A stretch of DNA of 64,000 nucleotides. It comes from an uncultured Prevotella sp. Its GTDB lineage: Bacteria > Bacteroidota > Bacteroidia > Bacteroidales > Bacteroidaceae. The stretch covers positions 13,372-77,371 of the forward strand of contig CALUEX010000050.1 of the NCBI GenBank assembly GCA_944319815.1. The letters are read 5' to 3'. Positions 1-9,581 of this stretch are shown here, one piece after another. The number at the start of each line of letters is the position of its first letter. Position 1 is the stretch's first letter. The notes under the pieces were generated by a model, which worked only from the letters and a program-made list of their open reading frames with translations, did not search any database and was not told the DNA's origin. A program made the position numbers and the translations under genes.

Positions 1-130
1 AAAATAAACAGATTAACGCATTTGGAGTTGAGGATTAGATAGTTATAAGAATTTCACGAAGGCTGACATCACATAGGATTAACATTTTACACGTAATAAA
101 TACGAGACTGCTAATCATCCGTGACATCCG

Positions 131-676
131 TCAACCTGCGTTGAAGACTTCGGAATAGCGCACTGTCCCACGTATGCCATTCAAACATCCACTCTTCAGC
201 TCTGCCACCATACAACATTCGTCAGGGGCCTCGAACGGGAACTTAATTCCAAACAATGAAGCCGTCTTGTAACCAAAGCGCTGATAATAGTCTTTATGCC
301 CAAGAAGCACGGCCACGCCATATCCCAATTCTGCCGCCCGCTTATGGGCTTCACTGATAAGCATTCCGCCAATTCCCCTTCCCTGGAAATCCGGATGCAC
401 GGACAATGGAGCAACAGCCAACGCCATACTGACTTTACCCTCACACTCCACGGTCACCCTTGACAGCAGGATATGCCCAACGACACGACCGCCGCAATCC
501 TCTGCCACCAATGACAGCTCTGGTATATACGCATCTGTTTCACGCAACTTTTCCACCAAAAGATGTTCCGTATGGTCACTTTCTTCCATATCCTTGAAAG
601 CCGTCATTATAACGTCGTTCACTTGACTGAAGTCACTTTTTGTTTCTTGCCTGATAATAATCTTATTATTCATCAT
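131..676 (-). CDS. GNAT family N-acetyltransferase (YhbS-like)
   Basis: ORF 181 aa; IIIRQET start, LAPLSVHPDFQGRGIGGMLI acetyl-CoA motif A, VLLGHKDYYQRFGY. Confidence 0.85.
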   Translation of the reverse strand: MMNNKIIIRQETKSDFSQVNDVIMTAFKDMEESDHTEHLLVEKLRETDAYIPELSLVAEDCGGRVVGHILLSRVTVECEGKVSMALAVAPLSVHPDFQGRGIGGMLISEAHKRAAELGYGVAVLLGHKDYYQRFGYKTASLFGIKFPFEAPDECCMVAELKSGCLNGIRGTVRYSEVFNAG

Positions 677-1342
677 TGCGCCTATTCGTCATTCTGATGC
701 AAAAATAATCATTTTTTATTGATTGAAGCCTGCTTGGGATTTCTATTCATACAATAATTCCATAATCTCGTTTTGTTTTTTAGTATGTTTTTTCATCGCA
801 TAAAAAGGACACCATCATGCACGATAAGCACGTATCAATGCTAACCGAAAGACATTTCCACAGTATGGCACTATCATGCTGTGAACAGGAACATCCTCTA
901 ATCACCAACCAAAGTCAACCGTAAAAAGCCAATGAACCACATTGGGCTGACGGCAACAATTCTACATAATTAAGGCTTCGCCGTTCAATACAGGCTGGCA
1001 TCAAGGCTGTATGTAACATATTTAGCCTGCAAGTTCTAACTCCCTGAATACCAAACCATTATAGGCAACAATGCAAACAGCCACATATCGGCTTGCAAAA
1101 CACGGCCTTTTAGACGCCGAAATAGCACATTCCAGCTTACGATATGTGGCATTTTACAGAATGCCAGACATTAAGCCACGGCTAATTGGATATTATGCAG
1201 ACGCATTCGGCAAATGATTGCTCCAACAGTGTCATGCCCAATGTTGAAGCAAATCATGGTCAATCGTAAATGCATTAACATCCAACTTGTCAGTAAATAT
1301 AATGCAATTATAATACAATATCATAATTTTACGGTAAAAATC

Positions 1343-1373
1343 TTGCACATTTAAAACAAAAGCATTACTTTTG
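1343..1373 (+). promoter_or_regulatory. Bacteroidales sigma-A promoter for the leader/pheA operon
   Basis: TTG at 1343-1345 and TACTTTTG (TAnnTTTG -7 consensus) at 1366-1373 with a 20-nt spacer, 25 nt before the leader ATG. Confidence 0.65.
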
Positions 1374-1398
1374 CCAGTGAATTTAAATAATTAAAGTC

Positions 1399-1476
1399 AT
1401 GAACAGGCAATACGCATCTTTCTTTTACTTTTATTTTTACTTTGCAAGGAATTGCGAAGCGGGAAGTTGCGTGTAA
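1399..1476 (+). CDS. Phe/Tyr-rich attenuator leader peptide MNRQYASFFYFYFYFARNCEAGSCV
   Basis: Hand translation: ATG 1399, TAA 1474-1476; 5 Phe + 4 Tyr, eight of them consecutive; lies directly upstream of a Phe/Tyr biosynthesis operon; not in the ORF track. Confidence 0.85.
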   Translation: MNRQYASFFYFYFYFARNCEAGSCV

Positions 1477-1520
1477 ATTTCAACTTAGGCAAACATATCT
1501 TGATACAGATACAAACAATG

Positions 1521-1553
1521 TCCCGCTTCAATTAAATGAGGCGGGATTTTTTT
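1521..1553 (+). terminator. Attenuator (rho-independent) terminator
   Basis: TCCCGCTTCA-ATTAAA-TGAGGCGGGA followed by T7; the 5' arm is also complementary to GAAGCGGGA (1456-1464) inside the leader ORF. Confidence 0.85.
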
Positions 1554-1590
1554 AATTAATTCAACCAAAAGTAAAACATAATGGCATAAC

Positions 1591-2463
1591 ATGAAAAGAA
1601 TAGCAATACAAGGTTCAATCGGGTCATTCCACGACATTGCAGCCCACCAATATTTCCAGGGCGAACAGATACAGTTAATCTGCTGCTCGACATTCGAGCA
1701 AGTGTTCGAGAACATCAAGCGCGACCCAACGGTCATCGGTATGCTGGCCATAGAGAACACCATTGCAGGCTCATTGCTCCACAACTATGAACTCCTGCGC
1801 AATTCCGGCACGACCATCGTCGGCGAGCACAAGTTGCACATCGAACACAGCATCTGCTGTTTGCCCGATGATTCATGGGACACGATAAAGGAAATACACT
1901 CGCACCCCGTCGCCTTGATGCAATGCCGTGGCTTCCTGGCAAACCACCCGGACATGAAAGCCGTCGAAGCCTCCGACACTGCCGGCGCCGCAAAGATGAT
2001 AGCAACGCAAAACTGTCGCGGATGGGCAGCTATATGCAATGCATCGGCAGCAAGACTTTATGGCATGAAAATACTTGAGGAATCTATAGAAGACAACAAG
2101 CATAATTTCACGAGGTTCCTCGTTGTTAGCAACCCTAACAAGGCGGACTTCCTGAGGCCATTGGAAACTACCAACAAGGCAAGCCTCGTATTCTCACTCC
2201 CGCATGAAGAAGGCAGCCTGTCACAAGTGCTGAGCATCCTCTACTTCTATAAAATCAACCTGACGAAAATACAGTCGCTGCCGATTATCGGGCATGAATG
2301 GGAATATATGTTTTACGTCGATGTAACTTTCGACAACCTGACTCGTTACCGTCAGAGCATTGACGCAATAATACCACTCACAAAAGAACTTAAAGTGTTA
2401 GGAGAATACAAAGATGACGGAAAACAACCACTCAACACTAATAAAACCGGCCAAGAGAATTGA
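1591..2463 (+). CDS. pheA: Prephenate dehydratase with ACT domain
   Basis: IAIQG..GSFH, AIENTIAGS, SHPVALMQC, NFTRF motif, NLTKIQSLP ACT signature. Confidence 0.93.
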   Translation: MKRIAIQGSIGSFHDIAAHQYFQGEQIQLICCSTFEQVFENIKRDPTVIGMLAIENTIAGSLLHNYELLRNSGTTIVGEHKLHIEHSICCLPDDSWDTIKEIHSHPVALMQCRGFLANHPDMKAVEASDTAGAAKMIATQNCRGWAAICNASAARLYGMKILEESIEDNKHNFTRFLVVSNPNKADFLRPLETTNKASLVFSLPHEEGSLSQVLSILYFYKINLTKIQSLPIIGHEWEYMFYVDVTFDNLTRYRQSIDAIIPLTKELKVLGEYKDDGKQPLNTNKTGQEN

Positions 2464-3601
2464 TGCCGTGGCTGAATATTACTTCAGCCGCAAACTCAAG
2501 GAAATAGCACGGCTGAACGCCGAAGGGCAGGACATAATCAGCCTTGCCATTGGCAGCCCTGATATGCCGCCTTCTAAAAAAACGATAGACAAGTTGTGTG
2601 AAGTTGCGCGACAAGACGACGCCCACGGTTACCAGCCTTCGGCAGGAACACCTGAATTGCGACAGGCCATGGCCGAATTCTACAAGCGTTGGTACGGCGT
2701 GGAACTTGACCCACAAACTGAAATACAACCGTTTATAGGTTCAAAAGAAGGCATCCTGCACGTGACGCTGGCTTTCGTCAACCCCGGAGAAAAAGTGCTC
2801 GTGCCAAATCCAGGATACCCTACTTATACATCGTTGAGCAAAATCCTCGGGGCGGAGGTAACATACTATAACCTGACAGAGGAGAATGGTTGGCAACCTG
2901 ATTTTGGCGAGCTCGAGCGTATGGATTTAAGCAACGTCAAACTTATGTGGACGAACTATCCCAATATGCCTACGGGAGCTGCCGCACACATTGAGACTTA
3001 CCGCAAGCTCGTAGACTTTGCCAAGCGTCACGGCATCGTCGTAGTAAATGACAACCCCTACTCTTTCATCCTCAACGAGCATCCGTTATCGCTGCTGCAA
3101 GTCGAGGGGGCGAAAGACTGCTGCATAGAGTTCAACTCGATGAGCAAAAGCCATAATATGCCTGGATGGCGAATTGGTATGTGCGCAACGAACAGCACCT
3201 TTATACAATGGATATTGAAGGTAAAGAGCAACATTGACTCCGGCATCTTCCGCGGGTTGCAGCTTGCCGCAGCCGAGGCATACCACAACAGCGACGAATG
3301 GCACAAGCAGGCAAACATCGAAATATACACCAACCGCCGTAAACTGGCTGAACAAATAATGACCGAGCTTGGTTGCACATTCGACAAGTCGCAAGTGGGA
3401 ATGTTCCTCTGGGGAAAAATCCCCGACATATACACCAACGCTGAAGAATTGACGGAAAAAGTGCTCCACAGAGCCAGGGTGTTCATAACGCCGGGATTTA
3501 TTTTCGGCAGCAACGGTGAACGATACATACGCATCTCACTATGCGCAAAAGACACGAAAATAAAAGAAGCATTAGAGAGGATTAAGAACATGACGGCATA
3601 G
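2414..3601 (+). CDS. PLP-dependent class I/II aminotransferase (probably aromatic/prephenate aminotransferase)
   Basis: GSKEG, NYPNMPTGA, DNPY, SMSKSHNMPGWRIG (PLP lysine), YIRISLC; operon context. Confidence 0.88.
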   Translation: MTENNHSTLIKPAKRIDAVAEYYFSRKLKEIARLNAEGQDIISLAIGSPDMPPSKKTIDKLCEVARQDDAHGYQPSAGTPELRQAMAEFYKRWYGVELDPQTEIQPFIGSKEGILHVTLAFVNPGEKVLVPNPGYPTYTSLSKILGAEVTYYNLTEENGWQPDFGELERMDLSNVKLMWTNYPNMPTGAAAHIETYRKLVDFAKRHGIVVVNDNPYSFILNEHPLSLLQVEGAKDCCIEFNSMSKSHNMPGWRIGMCATNSTFIQWILKVKSNIDSGIFRGLQLAAAEAYHNSDEWHKQANIEIYTNRRKLAEQIMTELGCTFDKSQVGMFLWGKIPDIYTNAEELTEKVLHRARVFITPGFIFGSNGERYIRISLCAKDTKIKEALERIKNMTA

Positions 3602-3654
3602 GCCATAACGAAGTAACATTTTGACCATTGAACAACATAAAAAAGCATAGATAT

Positions 3655-4719
3655 ATGGAACTTGAATTAGAACCGCTAAAACTGCCGAATGACAACGAAC
3701 GACTGACCGTCATTGCAGGGCCATGCTCCGCCGAGAGCGAAGAACAAGTGATGTCAACAGCCATGCAACTTGCAGCCAAGGGCTGCCACATCTTCCGTGC
3801 CGGAGTGTGGAAACCACGCACTAAGCCAGGGGGATTTGAAGGGCATGGAGAGAAAGCACTACCATGGTTGCAACACGTAAAAGAGACTACGGGGATGCTT
3901 GTTGGCATAGAGGTCGCAACCCCGGAGCACGTTGAACTGGCCTTGAAATATGGTATTGACATCTTGTGGATTGGAGCACGCACATCGGCAAACCCGTTTG
4001 CTGTACAGGCAATAGCCGACAGCCTGAAAGGCATCGACATACCTGTATTGGTTAAAAATCCTGTTAATCCTGACCTGGAATTGTGGATTGGAGCAATGGA
4101 ACGCATCAACCAAGCCGGCGTGAAACGCCTTGCTGCCATACACAGAGGCTTCTCAAGTTACGACAAGAAGATTTACCGTAACTTACCGATGTGGCAAATC
4201 CCCATCGAGCTTCGCCGCCGTGTACCCGACCTGCCAATCTTCTGTGACCCAAGCCATATCGGCGGAAGGCGCGAGTTGATAGCCCCGTTATGCCAACAGG
4301 CGATGGACCTCGGTTTCGACGGCCTGATTGTAGAAAGCCACTGCGACCCCGACAAGGCATGGAGCGATGCCAAGCAACAAGTGACGCCAGACGTATTAGA
4401 CTATATTCTTAGCCTGCTCGTCATACGCGACGAGACTGTCACAACCGAGGGCATAACCAATATGCGCCGGCAAATCGACGAAATTGACAACCAAATAATG
4501 GAAATGCTTACAAAAAGGATGCGTGTATGCCGCGAAATAGGCCAATTCAAGAAAGAGCACAACATGACCGTGCTACAGACATCGCGCTACAATGAAATAC
4601 TTGACAAACGTGGGGCACAGGGAGCACTATGCGGCATGGACCCGTCATTCGTCAAGACTGTGTTTGAAGCCATACACGAAGAGTCGGTAAGACAACAAAT
4701 GGAGATAGTAAACAAGTAA
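3655..4719 (+). CDS. Bifunctional DAHP synthase (type I-beta) / C-terminal chorismate mutase
   Basis: IAGPCSAES, RAGVWKPRT, IGART, DPSH; C-terminal RRQIDEIDNQIMEMLTKR AroQ domain; start moved to ATG 3655. Confidence 0.92.
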   Translation: MELELEPLKLPNDNERLTVIAGPCSAESEEQVMSTAMQLAAKGCHIFRAGVWKPRTKPGGFEGHGEKALPWLQHVKETTGMLVGIEVATPEHVELALKYGIDILWIGARTSANPFAVQAIADSLKGIDIPVLVKNPVNPDLELWIGAMERINQAGVKRLAAIHRGFSSYDKKIYRNLPMWQIPIELRRRVPDLPIFCDPSHIGGRRELIAPLCQQAMDLGFDGLIVESHCDPDKAWSDAKQQVTPDVLDYILSLLVIRDETVTTEGITNMRRQIDEIDNQIMEMLTKRMRVCREIGQFKKEHNMTVLQTSRYNEILDKRGAQGALCGMDPSFVKTVFEAIHEESVRQQMEIVNK

Positions 4720-4818
4720 AGCCGGATTGTGAAACAGGGAAAAGGGGAAATGGCATAACTTTTTCACTTTTCCCTGTTAATTCTTTATTCCAACCTCTTC
4801 AAAAAAGAAAACAAGACA

Positions 4819-5601
4819 ATGAAAATACTCGTTTTAGGAGCTGGTAAAATGGGCTGTTTTTTTCTCGACTTGCTAAGTTTTGAACACGAGACTGCAGTAT
4901 ATGAGAAGAAACCGGAACGTTTGAGGTTTACGTTCAATACCTTGCGATTTACGACAATGGAAGAAATTGAAAACTTCAAACCTGAACTCGTGATAAACGC
5001 AGTGACAGTAAAAAACACCCTCCCTGCATTTGAGGAAGTGCTGCCACATCTGCCCGATGACTGCATCATCAGCGATATTGCTTCTGTAAAGACCGGCCTG
5101 AAAGAATTTTACACCGAATGCAAGCACCGTTATGTATCTACACATCCAATGTTCGGCCCTACGTTCGCCAACCTTAACCAACTTAGTCATGAAAACGCGA
5201 TAATAATAAGCGAAGGCGACTACATCGGCAAGATATTCTTCAAAGACCTTTACCAACGTCTCGGACTAAGCATTTACGAATACACTTTTGAAGAACATGA
5301 CAAAACTGTAGCTTATTCATTGAGCATACCATTTGTCAGTACGTTTGTCTTTTCTGCCGTGATGAAGCACCAAGACGCCCCCGGCACGACCTTCAAACGG
5401 CACATGAACATAGCCAAAGGCGTACTTAGCGAAGACGACTACCTGCTGCAAGAAATACTTTTCAATCCGCACACATCAGGCCAAGTGGAACAAATCAGGT
5501 CTGAATTGAAAAAATTACTCGACATCATTGACAATAAAGACGAACATGGCATGAGCGAATACTTGGCTAAAATACGTGAAAACGTAAGGGCTAACTTATG
5601 A
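4819..5601 (+). CDS. tyrA: Prephenate dehydrogenase
   Basis: ILVLGAGKMG Rossmann motif, DIASVK, HPMFGP, EHD..VAY. Confidence 0.9.
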   Translation: MKILVLGAGKMGCFFLDLLSFEHETAVYEKKPERLRFTFNTLRFTTMEEIENFKPELVINAVTVKNTLPAFEEVLPHLPDDCIISDIASVKTGLKEFYTECKHRYVSTHPMFGPTFANLNQLSHENAIIISEGDYIGKIFFKDLYQRLGLSIYEYTFEEHDKTVAYSLSIPFVSTFVFSAVMKHQDAPGTTFKRHMNIAKGVLSEDDYLLQEILFNPHTSGQVEQIRSELKKLLDIIDNKDEHGMSEYLAKIRENVRANL

Positions 5602-5646
5602 TATTCAGATGTTCAATATTAAACAATAATCACAATGCCTTGAATT

Positions 5647-6597
5647 ATGGGTATTTCGATTTTCCTTGCATCACTATTCACCTTTGTTGAATTAAACTGC
5701 GAGAACTTATTTGATTACCGACACGACAGCCTGAAAATGGACATCGAATTCACGCCGGACGGCGACAGACGATGGACAAGATATAAATATTGGGACAAAC
5801 TGGACAACGTAGCAAAAGCCATCATTTCGTGCGGAATTGACGGGAATGACTGGAATATGCCCGACATGATAGCCTTGTGCGAAGTTGAGAATGACAGCGT
5901 GATGCACGACCTGACCAAACGCTCACTCTTGAGGAACGCCAACTACGACTACATCATGACCGACTCTCCTGACGAACGAGGCATAGATGTGGCCTTAGTA
6001 TATTCACAAGGAAGTTTTGCTCCCATAAACCACTATCCAATAAGAATTAATCCGATAAAAGGGATGCGGCCGACTCGAGATATATTATATGTTTCCGGAC
6101 AAATCATAACTGGCGATACACTGCACGTTTTCGTAGTTCATGCTCCAAGTCGTTATGGCGGAGAAAAACGCACAAGACCGCACCGAAAACTTGTGGCCGA
6201 CAGATTATGTGAGGCCATTGATTCATTATACAACCTGCACAAAAATCCCAATATACTAATAGCCGGCGATTTTAACGACTATGCCGATGGACTAATCGTG
6301 AAACAAGTATGTATGCGGGAACTAACAAATGTCTCTGCAAACGCCACGGGGGACAATGGAGCAAAAGGCACATACAAATATAAAGGTGCATGGAATAGCG
6401 TAGACCATGTGATAATAAGCAGAAGCCTGTTGGACAAAATGTTAGGATGTAAAGTTAACGATGCGGCGTTCTTACTTGAAGATGATGAAAAATATGGTGG
6501 TGTACAACCATTGAGGACGTATCGGGCATGGAAGTACCGTAATGGGTTCAGCGACCATCTTCCACTTGTAGTACAATTCCAACTAAGACGTTATTGA
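5647..6597 (+). CDS. Endonuclease/exonuclease/phosphatase family protein
   Basis: LNCENLFD, LCEVEN, AGDFND, VDHVIIS, FSDHLP catalytic motifs. Confidence 0.88.
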   Translation: MGISIFLASLFTFVELNCENLFDYRHDSLKMDIEFTPDGDRRWTRYKYWDKLDNVAKAIISCGIDGNDWNMPDMIALCEVENDSVMHDLTKRSLLRNANYDYIMTDSPDERGIDVALVYSQGSFAPINHYPIRINPIKGMRPTRDILYVSGQIITGDTLHVFVVHAPSRYGGEKRTRPHRKLVADRLCEAIDSLYNLHKNPNILIAGDFNDYADGLIVKQVCMRELTNVSANATGDNGAKGTYKYKGAWNSVDHVIISRSLLDKMLGCKVNDAAFLLEDDEKYGGVQPLRTYRAWKYRNGFSDHLPLVVQFQLRRY

Positions 6598-6631
6598 TAC
6601 TAAATTCGCGGTTTTATATACCAATAAAAAT

Positions 6632-6662
6632 AAAGCGGTTCCACTGATTGTGGAACCGCTTT
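6632..6662. terminator. Bidirectional intrinsic terminator
   Basis: AAAGCGGTTCCAC-TGATT-GTGGAACCGCTTT between convergent genes, with A/T tails on both sides. Confidence 0.85.
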
Positions 6663-6688
6663 TATTAAAATGATAATCCTAACTACGC

Positions 6689-7234
6689 TTATTTAACTTC
6701 CGTAATTATCTCACGCCCAGCCTTTATTGCTTCCATATTCAATGGAATAAGGCTGTGATGACGCTCGGGCAATGTCTTATAAAGAGCTTTCTCTACTCCG
6801 TTGTCACTGACAACAGGGCAAACCTTAAGCAATCCGCCAAGAACAATCATATTGAAGACTTTTGAATTTTTCATTTCAGCAGCCTTGTCCATGGCATCAA
6901 TCCGGTAAACCTTTATGTCCTTACGCGTAGGCGGGTTTATCACACCGAAACTATCATATATAAGAATGCCGCCCTCTTTTACCTTGGGCTCAAATTTATC
7001 TAAAGAGGGTTGGTTAAGCACAATGGCAATGTCATACTTACTCAAAATCGGCGACGAGACGCGTTCGTCACTGACTATAACAGTCACGTTTGCAGTGCCT
7101 CCACGCTGCTCTGGGCCGTATGCCGGCATCCATGTTACCTCTTTATCCTCCATCAAGCCCGAATAAGCCAAAATCTTACCCATAGAGAGTACACCTTGAC
7201 CTCCGAAACCTGATATAATAATCTCTGTTTTCAT
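6689..7234 (-). CDS. 2-oxoacid:ferredoxin oxidoreductase gamma subunit
   Basis: ISGFGGQGVL, YGPEQRGG, NMIVLGG. Confidence 0.92.
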   Translation of the reverse strand: MKTEIIISGFGGQGVLSMGKILAYSGLMEDKEVTWMPAYGPEQRGGTANVTVIVSDERVSSPILSKYDIAIVLNQPSLDKFEPKVKEGGILIYDSFGVINPPTRKDIKVYRIDAMDKAAEMKNSKVFNMIVLGGLLKVCPVVSDNGVEKALYKTLPERHHSLIPLNMEAIKAGREIITEVK

Positions 7235-7333
7235 AATATTATTTTTTTAGATGAAAGAATATGAAAAACACCATAACAGGTAAGTCCATGCCTACACATT
7301 CTTACATCATGTTTTCGCTTGAATTTATTAATA

Positions 7334-8101
7334 TTATATTCCAGTAGTGTCCTTTAAGTCACCTTTCTGATAGAACTTGAACATATTGTCTTCCATCCAC
7401 TTATTAGCTTTCACAGGCGACAATTTCCAACCACTGTTACAAGTGCTGACAATCTCAACAAGACTTGAACCCTTACCAGCCATAGATGCTTCAAAAGCCT
7501 TGCGCAAGGCTTTCTTTGCTGAACGAATAGCCGCTACAGTCTCAACGCTCTGTCTTGTAACATAGCACGTTCCTTCAAGAGATGCAGCTATTTCCGTAAT
7601 TTTCAATGGATAGCCATGCAAATGTGGGTCACGTCCGTATGGACAGGTAGATGTCTTTTGGCCAATCAACGTCGTTGGAGCCATTTGGCCACCTGTCATA
7701 CCATAAATCGCATTATTAATGAAGATTATGACGATATTCTCTCCTCTATTCAAGGCATGGATTGTTTCACAAGTACCTATACAAGCCAAATCCCCATCAC
7801 CCTGGTAGGTAAATACCATACGGTCCGGCCAGCAACGCTTAATGGCCGTTGCTACTGCTGGCGCACGTCCGTGAGCAGCCTCCTGCCAATCTATATCAAG
7901 ATACCGGTAAGCGAATACAGCACAACCGACAGGCGAAACGCCAACGGCCTTGTCTTCCATACCCATATCTTCAATGACCTCTGCCACCAACTTATGTACT
8001 ACACCATGAGAACATCCAGGGCAATAGTGCATCAAAGTATCATTCATTAATTCCGGTTTCTTATAGACCAAGTTCTCCGGAGATATTATATTTTCATTCA
8101 T
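7334..8101 (-). CDS. 2-oxoacid:ferredoxin oxidoreductase beta (TPP-binding) subunit
   Basis: YCPGCSHG, GDGD..IG..., NNAIYGMTGGQ. Confidence 0.92.
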   Translation of the reverse strand: MNENIISPENLVYKKPELMNDTLMHYCPGCSHGVVHKLVAEVIEDMGMEDKAVGVSPVGCAVFAYRYLDIDWQEAAHGRAPAVATAIKRCWPDRMVFTYQGDGDLACIGTCETIHALNRGENIVIIFINNAIYGMTGGQMAPTTLIGQKTSTCPYGRDPHLHGYPLKITEIAASLEGTCYVTRQSVETVAAIRSAKKALRKAFEASMAGKGSSLVEIVSTCNSGWKLSPVKANKWMEDNMFKFYQKGDLKDTTGI

Positions 8102-8190
8102 TTTATTGACTTTAATTTCTTTAGTTGAACTCCTAAGGTATAATTGAAAAGATTAACTTTCCGCATATACCCCATAGGTTAGCCTTTAAT

Positions 8191-9270
8191 TTAAAACTTT
8201 TCTTTCAAAGCCTTAACAATCTCATCAGGTTCCGGGACTATTCCACCCAAGCGTCCAAAATGTTCAACTGGCACCTTGCCGTTTACAGCCAAACGGATGT
8301 CTTCAACCATCTGCCCGGCATTAATCTCAACAGACAAAACGCCCTTCTTGCCCTCTGCCATTGCTGCCACTTCTTTTGTTGGGAACGGCCACAAGGTTAT
8401 GGGCCTAAGCAATCCAACCTTTATGCCTTCGTTACGCGCCATTTCCATGGCTTTTTCCGAAATACGTGCAGCACTTCCGAACGCAACAATTAGATAATCT
8501 GCATCTTCACATTGCTGAGTCTCATACCTTACTTCATTTTCCATGATAGTTTGGTATTTACGCTGCAAATGCAAGTTTCGTTCTTCCATACGTTCTGGCT
8601 GAAGCTCGAGGGAAGTTATAATGTTTGGCTCACGGTCTTTTGTACGACCAAATGTTGCCCACGGGCATTCCTTCTTTATTTCATCTTCAGTTCTACGTGC
8701 CTTATACGGAGGCAAAACCACACGCTCCATCATTTGCCCAATGACACCGTCACTAAGTATCATTGCCGGTATACGGTATTTGAACGCTAAATCAAAAGCC
8801 AGTCCCATGAAATCGGCCATTTCCTGAACAGAAGCTGGAGCAAGTACAATGACATAATAGTCACCGTTTCCACCACCACGTGTGGCTTGGAAATAATCGC
8901 TTTGAGACGGCTGTATTGTACCTAAGCCAGGGCCGCCACGTTGAACATTCACAATCACGCCAGGCAACTCTGCCCCTGCCATATACGATATGCCTTCTTG
9001 CATCAGGGCAATGCCGGGACTTGATGAAGATGTAAATACTTTCTTTCCTGCCGCAGCGCCACCATATACCATATTAATTGAAGAAACCTCGCTCTCTGCC
9101 TGTAAAACGACCATACCTGTTGTTTCCCACGGTTTCAGCAAAGACAAAGTCTCAATGATTTCACTCTGTGGCGTAATGGGATAACCGAAGAAAGCATCGG
9201 CTCCACAACGAATCGCAGCATGAGCTATCGCCTCGTTTCCCTTCAATAAAGTAACCTCTTGTTCTGCCAT
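8191..9270 (-). CDS. 2-oxoacid:ferredoxin oxidoreductase alpha subunit (VorB-like)
   Basis: KGNEAIA, YPITPQSE, QAESE, SSSPG, QRGGPGLG; start moved to ATG 9270 (MAEQEV). Confidence 0.92.
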   Translation of the reverse strand: MAEQEVTLLKGNEAIAHAAIRCGADAFFGYPITPQSEIIETLSLLKPWETTGMVVLQAESEVSSINMVYGGAAAGKKVFTSSSSPGIALMQEGISYMAGAELPGVIVNVQRGGPGLGTIQPSQSDYFQATRGGGNGDYYVIVLAPASVQEMADFMGLAFDLAFKYRIPAMILSDGVIGQMMERVVLPPYKARRTEDEIKKECPWATFGRTKDREPNIITSLELQPERMEERNLHLQRKYQTIMENEVRYETQQCEDADYLIVAFGSAARISEKAMEMARNEGIKVGLLRPITLWPFPTKEVAAMAEGKKGVLSVEINAGQMVEDIRLAVNGKVPVEHFGRLGGIVPEPDEIVKALKEKF

Positions 9271-9274
9271 AGCC

Positions 9275-9505
9275 TTAATCCTCCATTCGTTTTTTGTAAA
9301 CAGTAATACATCCGTCGGGGCATACAATAGCACACGAAGCACATCCTATGCACTCGTCCGCATTAACGGCCTCCACATACGGATAACCATGAACATTCAC
9401 TTTTTTTGCCATAGCGATGACGTCCTTAGGGCACGCCTCCACACATAGGGAGCATCCCTTGCAACGGTCTGTGTTCACCACAATGGCACCTTTAATTTTA
9501 CCCAT
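9275..9505 (-). CDS. 2x[4Fe-4S] ferredoxin (delta subunit)
   Basis: CKGCSLCVEACP and CIGCASCAIVCP. Confidence 0.92.
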   Translation of the reverse strand: MGKIKGAIVVNTDRCKGCSLCVEACPKDVIAMAKKVNVHGYPYVEAVNADECIGCASCAIVCPDGCITVYKKRMED

Positions 9506-9581
9506 ATCTATTAGATTTAATTAACTCGAGAGAAATTCGGCCCGAATTTGTTTTGGCCGGTAAAGCCTCCCCCGCACGACT

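Noticed and set aside
3655-4719. DAHP synthase-chorismate mutase fusion as a novelty
   Set aside because: This C-terminal CM fusion is already characterised in Porphyromonas/Prevotella
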